From the human T2T-CHM13v2.0 reference genome, Homo sapiens, in the NCBI RefSeq assembly GCF_009914755.1, contig NC_060936.1: a stretch of 64,000 nucleotides of DNA. The stretch is one strand, 5' to 3'. The notes under the pieces are model-generated. The model saw only the letters and a list, made by a program, of their open reading frames with translations. It had not been told where the DNA came from and ran no database searches. The translations under genes were made by a program, and so were the position numbers. Positions 49,407 to 64,000 of this stretch are shown piece by piece (position 1 is the stretch's first letter; each line of letters starts with the position of its first letter).

Positions 49407-50734
49407 TAATACATAGAGCTTTCTACACATTTATACCTTAGAGTTTCCCACCTTCATACCACTGCTCAGGCTGTTATTTCCAGCATGACCCTCACATTGC
49501 CTCCCTGTCCCTCACCATTAACACTTTCCAAAATTCTTTAGGCCCCTCCTCTTTGATGCTCTTGATCACTCCAGCTGCCTGTCAGTCTACCACCACCACC
49601 ATTCACTAAATTGCATGCAAGGACTTCTCCCTTGATATGCTAACATAAAAATAAAATAAAAACAGGGGTGGGTGTGGTGGCTCACGCCTGTAATCCCAGC
49701 ACTTTGGGAGGCTGAGGCAGGCGGATCACGAGGTCAGGAGTTCAAGACCAGCCTGGCCAATGTAGTGAAATCCCATCTCTACTAAAAATGCAAAAATTAG
49801 CTGGGTGTGGTTGGCGGGCGCCTGTAATCCCAGCTACTTGGGAAGCTGAGGTAGGAGAAATCACTTGAACCCAAGAGGCAGAGGTTGCAGTGAGCCAAGA
49901 TCGTGCCACTGCACTCCAGCTTGGGCGATGCAGCAAGACTCTGTCTCAAATAAAATAAAATTAAAATTAAATAGAAACAGGTTCCATTTATTTTACCTTC
50001 TAAATATGTCTCAAATATGCTCACTTTTCTCAGGGGTGAGTGCAGGCTGAGCTAGAGCCTTCATCTGGAAGGTAGTGGTATTTGTGAGCACCATACGAGG
50101 TAATATATAGAAAGCTGCACTAAAGCATCCACACTGCAGTCCGGGACCTTAAACCCTTCTATGGCTGCTTTCTGTGTTGCAGGATATGACCCCTTTTCTC
50201 TCACCACTCTTCCATATTCACTACATTCTGTCCACTGGCATTCTTTTAGTTCTTCCTGGCAGTTATTTAGCCTTGCTCATGGTGTTCTCTGCCTGGAATA
50301 ATCTTTCTCTTCCACACTTTCTACTCATTCTCCACCTAAATGTTGGTTCTCCTGTGGAGTTTTCTCTGACCACTTGTTGCCTACCACATCCTATGCTCTC
50401 AACTTATTATGTGAAGTCTTTCTTCCCCTGTGGCATATAAACACATTAAACACAGATAAGGAGTCAGTTTTTAAAATTTTTTTGCATAAATGGGTGTTTT
50501 TTACAGTAGTTATGTGTACATGTTTTAATCTTTAGACTGGTATATAAGCTTCTTGAGAGTTAGGGCTGTGTATTTTATTTATTTGTATCTTCTCTACAAG
50601 GCCTTATAGATGTGATCAACTATGTGTTGAATGAATTTATAAAATCTCATAGGCTCATGATTCTCCTTCCTACCAAATCCCAATTTGCACAGGTTCTCAT
50701 ATTTAAATATCTGGAGAGCCAAGACCAGAATTGA

Positions 50735-50748
50735 CCAGCAGAGGGCAA
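50735..50748 (+). promoter_or_regulatory. CTCF-type motif CCAGCAGAGGGCAA
   Basis: 13 of 14 positions fit the CTCF core CCASYAGRKGGCRS; lies in non-Alu sequence. Confidence 0.6.
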
Positions 50749-51209
50749 CCAACAACTATGTTGTGAAGGGAAGAAGGCTCCATGGTTTACAAAATGGAGG
50801 ATCTGGACCAAGAAGGGAAATATGGCAGAGGTAGTTTGCTACTTGAAGTTCATCCCTTTTACTCTCAAATGCTTCTCTTGTAACTTTTGTGGGTGAGAGG
50901 CCGAGGCTTCAAACCTTCATATACAATAGATCATTTTAAATTTCTACCATCCCCATGTACCCACCCCATCTCCCCAATTCCTTCACCCTTCCTCTTCCAC
51001 TCCAACAAATCCTAACTATTCTTTTACCTTTCTTTACCTTGCATGATCTGGCCCCCTCTCTCTCACCATTCTTACATATTTACATATCACCCACTGGCAT
51101 TCTTTAGTTCCTGCTACAGTATGTGGCCTTCCATATTTTCCCTGAAGTAACCTTCTCCACTTAAGCCTGTAGTCCCACTCATTTAAACCTCCTAAGGAAC
51201 CTTCCATAA

Positions 51210-51661
<452 letters not shown>

Positions 51662-52782
51662 TGACCAGGCTGGTTTTGAACTCCTGACCTCAAGTGATCC
51701 ACCTGCCTCAGCCTCCCCAAGTGCTGAGATTACAGGTGTGAGCCACCGCGCCCGGCCTCCTGAAGTTTTTTAGACGTTAATAGAAACCACTGGACAAATT
51801 TAATAATCTCTTCTCAGTCTCCATCCTTTCTGTGTTTGAAACAACATTGATTTCTTACTGGCCTTCAGAAACACTTATTGTTTTTCTCCTTCTCAGTATA
51901 CTGCTTCTCCACCTCATTTGCTTTCTTCTTCCTCCTGTGGAATTTCCACCAAAGCTTCATTCTCCCGAGACAAAATCTCAGAGCCACCTTTCCAGGTATG
52001 TCCTCAGCTAAACCATGGTCCTTTATCTCCAGCTGTTCACATCTCTGCACAGCTGACCTAGTGTCACCTAATATGCAAACAAAGCTTCTCTTCCTCTCTC
52101 ACAATCATCGTTCTGAACTTTTCCCACTTTTGTTGATACCACTATTCACTCAATTCCTTCATTTCCAGCTCTAAGAATTAATTATCTGAAGTTTGTTTTC
52201 TCCCAAGCCCATCACACTGATTCATCAGTTGCTTCCCCAAGCACATCATCTTAATTCATGCCTGTTACAATGGCCTTCAAGGTGCCCTAGTTTCACCACA
52301 CTGAAATCCACCCTATATTAGTGTGATTACACTGCTTTCATCATATTATTCCCCTGTCCAGGAACTCAGTTCCCCATCTAAACAAACACATGATCCTATT
52401 ATCAACATACCCTGCCTAAATTGCCCGTTTTTCTTACCCTTACATCTTTCCACTAAGATACCTTCCATCTAATCTGGCTGGTCATCTCCGTGTGACAGCC
52501 CAACCCCTGCCATCCCTCATGAAGTTCCTTCTCTTTACTAACTAGGTAGTCTCACCATATAATGATCTTTTCAGCAATAAATTCTTAGATCTTAAAAGTA
52601 TTATTATTTTGCCTGGACACGGTGGCTCACGCCTGTAATTCCAGCACTTTGGGAGGCCGAGGCGGGTGGATCACCTGAGGTCAGGAGTTTGAGACCAGCC
52701 TGGCCAACATGGTGAAACCCCGTCTCTACTAAAAATAAAAAAATTATCCGGGCATAGTGGCGCATGCCTGTAATCCTAGCTA

Positions 52783-52890
<108 letters not shown>

Positions 52891-53195
52891 TCAAAAAAAA
52901 AATTAGTCTCACTTTGTCGCCCAGGCTGGAGTGCAGTGGTGCGATCATGGCTCACTGTATAACCTCTGCCTCCCAGGGTCAAGGGATTCTCCTGCCTCAG
53001 CCTCCCGAGTAGCTAGGATTATAGGCGCACGCCACCACACCGACTTATTTTTGCATTGTAGAGACAGGATTTTACCATGCTGCCAGGCTGGTCATGAACT
53101 CCTGACCTCAAGTGATCCTCTCACCTCGGCTTCCCAAAGTGCTGGGATTACAGGCATGAGCCACTGGGCCTGGACTTAAAATTATTTTTATGTAA

Positions 53196-53432
<237 letters not shown>

Positions 53433-53435
53433 TGA

Positions 53436-53834
<399 letters not shown>

Positions 53835-53856
53835 CTATATATAAGATTTGAGATAG

Positions 53857-54133
<277 letters not shown>

Positions 54134-54228
54134 TAACTTAGTATTATCCTCTTTCAAGTTGTCGACTTGTTCCAAATTCTAAGAGGCTTGGGTCTCTGCA
54201 GTTTTTTTTTTTTTTTTTTTTTTCTTGA

Positions 54229-54333
<105 letters not shown>

Positions 54334-55046
54334 TGAGTAGCTGGGATTACAGGCATGTGCCACCACATCCGGCTAATTTTGTATTTTTAGTAGAGATGGG
54401 GTTTCTCCATGTTGGTCAGGCTGGTTTTGAACTCCCGACCTCCAGTGATCTGCCCGCCTCGGCCTTCCAAAGTGCTGGGATTACAGGCATGAGCCACTGT
54501 GCCCAGCGGGTCTCTGCAGTTTATCCAGTAAAGCAAATCATTTTAAGACTTGGGCTGAAATGACCTCATCCTACACTTGCATCAGGGATGCTCTCATGGC
54601 AGAAAACATTTCCGGAACTCCTTCACAGCTAGTTTATGAGCCACATTTAAGTGATTCATTACTTCAAAATTACTTTTAAAAAATTAGCCAACTTTATTAT
54701 GCATCTATTTGCCAGATTTTGTTCCAGATTTTATCTGGAATTCCTCATTCCAGATAGCTAAGAAGTCCCATTCTTAGCCTTCTTCCTGTTCTTAAGTGTT
54801 TGCATGCATTCCTAGCATTTCTTGATCTCTTCTGGGCAGATAACTACTCCATACACATCTTTAGCCCTAGCTTCTTGTTTTGTTTTGTTTTTTTTGAGAC
54901 GGAGTCTCACTCTTGTTGCCCAGGCTGGAGTGCAATGGCGGTGATCTCATCTCACTGCAACCTCTGCCTCCTGGGTTCAAGTGATTCTCCTGCCTCAGCC
55001 TCCCAAGTCGCTGGGATTATAGGCATGCACCACCACGCCCAGCTAA

Positions 55047-55196
<150 letters not shown>

Positions 55197-55335
55197 TAAG
55201 CTCCAGACCATGTTTCCATTTCCTGACTAAACACATCTATGTGGGGGCACTCCCAACCCAGTGTTCCCCAGATGAACTCATTTCTTCACCCCCAAAACCT
55301 GCTCATCCTCTTCTACTCCCTATTTAGGCTAATGA

Positions 55336-55725
<390 letters not shown>

Positions 55726-56111
55726 TAAGAGATGGGTCTTACTCTGTTGGCTCACCATAGCCTCTGGGCTCAAGCAATCCTCCTGCCTCAGTCTTCTAAG
55801 TAGCTAGTACTACAGTCATGCACTACCATGCCCAGCAATAGTGTCTTTTTATTAAAAGTTGTTAGGATGACTAAATTAATGTTTAATGTTTACAGTAGTG
55901 CCTCACAGTAAATAATCTGGCCATTACATTTCTTTATTGCCAGTGTCCAATCCTGTTCAGAACTTAACCCTGATGATTCCTTTACGAAGCCTTCCTTCCC
56001 ACATTCCACCAGATATGTAGTTGGCCCCTTTCCTCCTCATTGTCCCATTGTACTTAGTCCCTATCTATTAGCAACATACTATTCTATATTTCCCATTATT
56101 TGTTGTTCTAG

Positions 56112-56439
<328 letters not shown>

Positions 56440-56882
56440 TAAAGTCTTATTTCTCAATTATTTATACATCTTAATGCTTGGTACTATGTCTAACACATGA
56501 CAGGTACACCATAAATGTTGGCTGAATCTAATCAGTTACTAAAACCTGTCAATTTTTCTTCCCAAATGTCATTCTCTCTTTCCTGCAGTATTTCAAGCCC
56601 TTATCCTCTGCTTCCTTGAATTACTACAAAGCTCACTAACACTGCCAACACCAGTTTCTTACATTCTTCCCATTCTTGCATTCTCTCAGTTTCTTGCATT
56701 CTTTCCAGAGTAATGGGTTGGAAGTCATTCCTCTTCTCAAAAACTTACCGGTAAAGTCCAAATTCCCTAGCATGCATTCAAGGCCTTCCAATAATTGGCC
56801 CCAAATTACTTCTAGTCTTATCTTCCATTATTTCCCTTCATTATTCATCTTCCAGTAAACTCTATGCTCCAGATTACATTAG

Positions 56883-57593
<711 letters not shown>

Positions 57594-57744
57594 TAGGCTG
57601 GTCTTGAACTCTTGGGCTCAAATGGTCCTCCCACCTCAGCCTCCCAAAGTACTAGGATTACAGGCATGAGCCACTGTGCCTGGCCCACAAGCTTTTTCTT
57701 TTTTTTTTTTAATTTGAGCCAGCACTTAAAAGCTGTGAAATTTA

Positions 57745-58020
<276 letters not shown>

Positions 58021-58180
58021 TCAAAAAAAAAAAAAAAAAAAAAAAAGAATCAGGCTAATGATGGGGCAATAGGGCATATCTCCTAATGTTACAAAATGAA
58101 GAACTTCTCTCTCCTGTGATGTGTTCTATCCCCAGAACTGTCTAACTTGAATCTCTCAAGGCCCTATCTAATTTTGTTTA

Positions 58181-58297
<117 letters not shown>

Positions 58298-58300
58298 TTA

Positions 58301-58773
<473 letters not shown>

Positions 58774-59386
58774 TGATCCGCCCGCCTCGGCCTCCCAAAG
58801 TGCTGGGATTACAGGCATGAGCCCCCGCACCTGGCCAATCTTTTCAACAAATTAGGGTTACACAAAAAAAGGTGGTTTCATGAACCCAGATAGAGGGTAA
58901 AAGAGAAATAACCTGATGTAATTCGTGGTCCTGGATTGGACCCAGGTTTAGACACAAATTAGCTACAAAAGGACTTTTCAGACAGGTGCAATGGCTCACA
59001 CTTGTAATCCCAACACTTTGGGAGGCTGAGGTGGGCAGATCACTTGAGCTCAGGAGTTTGAGACCAACCTGGGCAACATGGTGAAACCCTGTCTCTACAA
59101 AATATACAAGAAACAAATCAGCTGGGCATGGTGGTGCACATCTGTGGTCCCAGCTGCTTGGGAGGCTGAGATGGGAGGACTGCTTGAGCCCAGCAGGAGG
59201 TCAAGGCTATAGTGAGCTGTAGTGAGTCGTGATTGTGCCACTGCACTCTAGCCTAGGTGACAAGAGTGAGATCCTGTGTCAAAAAAAAAAAAAAAAGACT
59301 TTTCTTGGGACAATTAGGGTAATGTAAACATGGGTTTGTAGTAGATTATTCATTATACATTGTTAATTGTAAACACTTGTTATTTA

Positions 59387-59584
<198 letters not shown>

Positions 59585-59728
59585 TTAGCCCGGTGTGGTG
59601 GCGCATGCCTGTGGTCCCAGCTACCTAAGAGGCTGAGGTAGGAGGATCACTTGAGCCTGGGAGGTGGAGGTTGCAGTGAGCCAAAATTACGTCATGCACT
59701 CCAGCCTCAGCTACAGAGCCAGACCCTA

Positions 59729-59767
<39 letters not shown>

Positions 59768-60009
59768 AAGACAGTGTATCAAAGTCACTGAAAGAGATGA
59801 AACAAAAAAAATTTTAATAGTATTAAAACAGATTAAGACAATTCCAGGTGCAGTAGCCCCAGCTACTCCAGAAGCTGAAGTGGGAAGACCACTAGAGCCC
59901 AGGAGTTTGAGGCTACAGTGAGCTATATGATGGTGCCACTGCACTCCAGTCTGGGTGACAGTGTTCTTTCTACTCCCTCCTTCCCCCAGTTCTCCTGACC
60001 TTAAAAGTT

Positions 60010-60205
60010 TAGAACAGGTTGGCAAATTTTTTTCTGTAAAAGACCAAGTATTTTAGGCTTTGTTCCAGCTACTTAACCCTGCTGTTGTAATGTGAAAGCA
60101 GCCACAGACAATATATAAACAAGTGGGCATAACTGTATTCCAATAAAGTTTTTTACAAAAGCAGGCAGTGGGGTTGTAACCTGTAGTTTGCTGACCTCTG
60201 ACCTA
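60010..60205. mobile_element. MER58A-like hAT DNA transposon relic
   Basis: Termini caggttggcaaa...tttgctgacctctg and internal ttccaataaa resemble MER58; family from memory. Confidence 0.6.
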
Positions 60206-60739
60206 TAACAAGTAACACTTCCTGAAAAGCCTTTCCTGATACCCATCAGAATCAGGAGCTTTATCGTCCTTGGCTCACATATTACTAGTAAATCCACTTA
60301 GCACATTTATGATCCCTTATTATATATTCATCTCCATTAGGGACTAAGTTCTTTGCAGGTAGGTGCCATTTTGCTACATAAGCCTCCTCATGTTCACTCT
60401 AGTGAGTATCTCACAGGGCAGACATTCAATGAATATTTGTTTCTAAAAATCGTATCTTCTGTAAAAGGACAATATGACACCATTCATAACATTCACAAGA
60501 ATGAGCAGCAAGTTCTAAAAGTAATTTTAAAGGAGTTTAAGGGGGGAAAAGCACTGCTAATGTCACTAGGATACATACATTGCCTCTTATGCTCTATACT
60601 GTGACATGCTTATCAGTATTTTATAAACATACCTTGTGTGCATAGAAGCGCAGACTCAGCACAGAAATGCCTTTTTTTTTTTTTTTCAAGCCACTAGAGT
60701 ATCAAGAGTACTATTAGGTTTACATCAGGTGCATGATAA

Positions 60740-61165
<426 letters not shown>

Positions 61166-62109
61166 TAATTTATTTATATTTTTAGTAGAGACAGGGTTTC
61201 ACCATGTTAGCCAGGATGGTCTCGATCTCCTGACGTTGTGATCCACCCACCTTGGCCTCCCAAAGTGCTGGGATTACAGACGTGAGCCACCGTGCCCGGC
61301 CTATGAAGACTATTTTTTTTTTTTTTTTTTTTTAGACGGAGCCTCGCTCTGTCGCCCAGGCTGGAATGCAGTGGCCCAATCTCTGCTCACTGCAAGCTCT
61401 GCCTCCCAGGTTCACGCCATTCTCCTGCCTCAGCCTCCTAAGTAGCTGGGACTACAGGTGCCTGCCACCACGCCCGGCTAATTTTTTGTATTTTTAGTAG
61501 AGACGGGGTTTCACTGTGTTAGCCAGGATGGTCTCGAACTCCTGACCTTGTGATCCACCCACCTCGGCCTCCCAAAGTGCTGGGATTACAGGCGTGAGCC
61601 ACCGCGCCCGGCTATGAAGACTATTTTTATAAGTAAATAATTATGAAACCTCTGCAAGTACATTTCCCTCCTCACATTTACGTTCTTAGCTAGGAAACAC
61701 TGGGAGGTAGAGACTTCTCTGCCTGCAAAGGAATTCTAGATTCTAAAGCAAAGTTGCTTGTGGGACAAAGGAAAAAGATATATACATATCTTCTGTAGAA
61801 ATTATCCCAAAAACTCAGGACCACTCAGGGAAGACATGGAATTTAGGATAAAGGCAGACCCTGGGAAGTACACAGTTCAGATCACTAGAGAGCTTTGGCT
61901 GCTACAGAACAGGAGATAGGAGGGAAGAATGCAGGAGGGTACATGGGAAAGCAGCTGTGAAGTGCACACTACTCCCAGACATCCTCCTGAAAGAGAAGTT
62001 AGCACTAAGATAAGGGTAGGTAACAAAGTAAGGAAGAAAGGGAATTAAGGTGAGAGAAAGGCAAAAGCAGAGGGGAAACCTTCTCAAGAAAGGGAGTAAT
62101 GCTGAAGAA

Positions 62110-64000
62110 TTTAGAGAGTTGAGTAAAAGGTTTATTATTAGTGCAGTCAACACCATGGAACAGCACATACAACACAACCAGCAACCTGCAGAGACACTAG
62201 TGCAAAGGGTAGGGAAGCCTTTCACTGAGCTTCCTGGCTCCATCTGAGGGTAAGGACAGGACAGTATGAGCCTTGGTTAAGGCAGGTAGGGGAAAGGGGA
62301 GTGGAAGAAATGTAGTAACCAGAGTAAGTATAGCAGCGTTTTCAAATTCCTGAGCACAATGTCCCAGAGCTGGAACCCTACTCCCCTCAAGCTTTCCACC
62401 CCAATCCCAGTGGAGCCATGATCCAACTACCCAGACCTGCAGCAAGCTAGCCTGGAATAAAATTCTGAGAGGAAGCCATTACATGGTGGGGAGGAGCCTT
62501 TCTATCTCCAACCACACTCCCACCTCCATATTAAAATAATCACACCTATTATCTCTCCCCTTCTCTTACTCTGCCAGTCACTCTAGGGATCAAGGTATAC
62601 CCCAGGTAACCTGAAATGGAACTGAAGTCCCCAGGGGGGTGTGGGTGAGACACGGCACAGCCTGTACTTAGAGATAAAATTTCTGATTTGCATGGTGAAG
62701 CTTAGAACCCAGCTATACAGCTCCAAGGAAACTTGGGGAAGGGGGAGTTGCCTTCAAAATGAATACTCTAAATCCAGAGTTTTATGATAAGGCCCTGGAA
62801 GGGCTAGGAGGAAATTTTTCCAGAGGGCACAGGCATCGATGCTGGACTGTCATATCCTTCACAGGAAGAGAGGAAGCTCCTCATTTCAGTTGGGGTTACA
62901 GAGGTTTGGGGCAGATATCGTAAGTTCAGCCGAGGACTCCCTTGGCTCTTCCTATATTAAAGCCAAAGGTTGTGCTGAAAAGGAAAAAATATAAAACACA
63001 CCCCCATCCCTGTCCCACCCTATCCAGAACCCCCACAATAGGAACATCAAAAGAAAAGTTTCAAGTTTGATTTTTTTTTCTTTTTTCCTTTCTTAAAAAA
63101 AAAAAAGGAAGTAAATAAATTAAATTGCCAACAATGTGGCTGAGATAGCCATGATCAGGCCATTCTTAAAAAAAAGAGGGGGGGGGGCAGTAGGTGGAGT
63201 TTGTGAAATATAAACAAACAATGGCCAAAGAAAATTATCAAAGTAACTAACTACAGTCACAGGGCTAGAGAGGGGTCTATGGAACAATTATGGCCTGTGC
63301 CACAAGAGGCAGTGCCAACCATATTTTAGCAAAAGCTAGGAGTAGCTTCTTGCTAAACACATCAACCCCCAACAGATTAACCCCTACCCTAAACCCTGGC
63401 ATTCCCTAATTATGAAAACTTGTAGGAAAGAAGAGCTCATCTGGAAATTTTCAGTATCCCAACCTGCATACTGGTAGACCCAGTGGGTGCCTACACCTTT
63501 AAGGTGGGCTGAACAGGGATACTGCTTGGCACAGAGGTCCAGTCTTTCCCTAAGGGCCATCAGTGATGGCCAATTAACGGCCTCACTACTTATTTCTAGA
63601 GATTTGGCTCCACCCTTACCATTTCTTCAGGATGTCTGCTGCTTAGAGTCAACAGGCCTGACTGCTCTGATTCCCTGGTTTTGGAGGAGAGGGACGATTA
63701 GAGATTCCTTCCTCTGTCCTGATCCTCCAGGGAAATTGAATCTCTTTGTGCTTTCTGAAAATAACTGGAACCAGGGACCCTAAGCAGGAAAATGGATGGA
63801 GGTGGGGGCTTTCCCACCCAGACTGATAATTTATAGACATTTTAGGGGAATATGGCAAAGGGAGGAAATCTGGGTTTCCCACCTGAAAGGCTGAGCAAAC
63901 TACCCCAAGGCCCTTCAGTGCCAGAAGGGCAGGGAGATGTGTGGCTCAGGTATAAGCCACAGTATTAAGAATGGTGGGTAGGACTCAGGTCCCAGCTGCT
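62110..64000 (-). other. RNF41: Probable 3' UTR of RNF41 (coding exons beyond the window); AATAAA on minus strand at 62131-62136
   Basis: Abrupt switch to Alu-free sequence with a minus-strand poly(A) signal; identity rests on known gene order (SMARCC2-RNF41), not on coding sequence seen here. Confidence 0.62.

Noticed and set aside
61902-62243. 113-aa hydrophobic minus-strand ORF
   Set aside because: Spans the putative poly(A) site; hydrophobicity reflects T/C-rich UTR composition; no recognisable homology

Overview
Human genomic DNA, recognisable as the 12q13.2 gene cluster. In order: the 3' end of ESYT1 (+; last 7 coding exons and 3' UTR), an Alu-dense intergenic block, the tandem essential myosin light chain paralogues MYL6B and MYL6 (+), the complete SMARCC2/BAF170 gene (-; 28 coding exons plus one 93-nt cassette, converging on MYL6), a tRNA-Ser(CGA) gene head-to-head with the SMARCC2 CpG-island promoter, ~13 kb of Alu/L2 repeats with a CTCF-like motif, and probably the RNF41 3' UTR (-). 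I joined exons by hand at GT-AG sites and obtained 208 aa (MYL6B), 151 aa (MYL6) and 1214/1245 aa (SMARCC2). I see no new protein-coding gene; most ORF-track entries are Alu translations or antisense frames. The best leads are regulatory or evolutionary: exon-3-restricted homogenisation (likely gene conversion) between MYL6B and MYL6; a duplicated (UG)n-UUUCAG module in a SMARCC2 intron shaped like a TDP-43-repressed poison micro-exon; a promoter-dependent overlapping uORF on MYL6B; a 279-nt exitron in SMARCC2; a very young AluYa5 fragment; and a near-perfect Alu palindrome with a 19-bp spacer. All were read by eye, with no database search.
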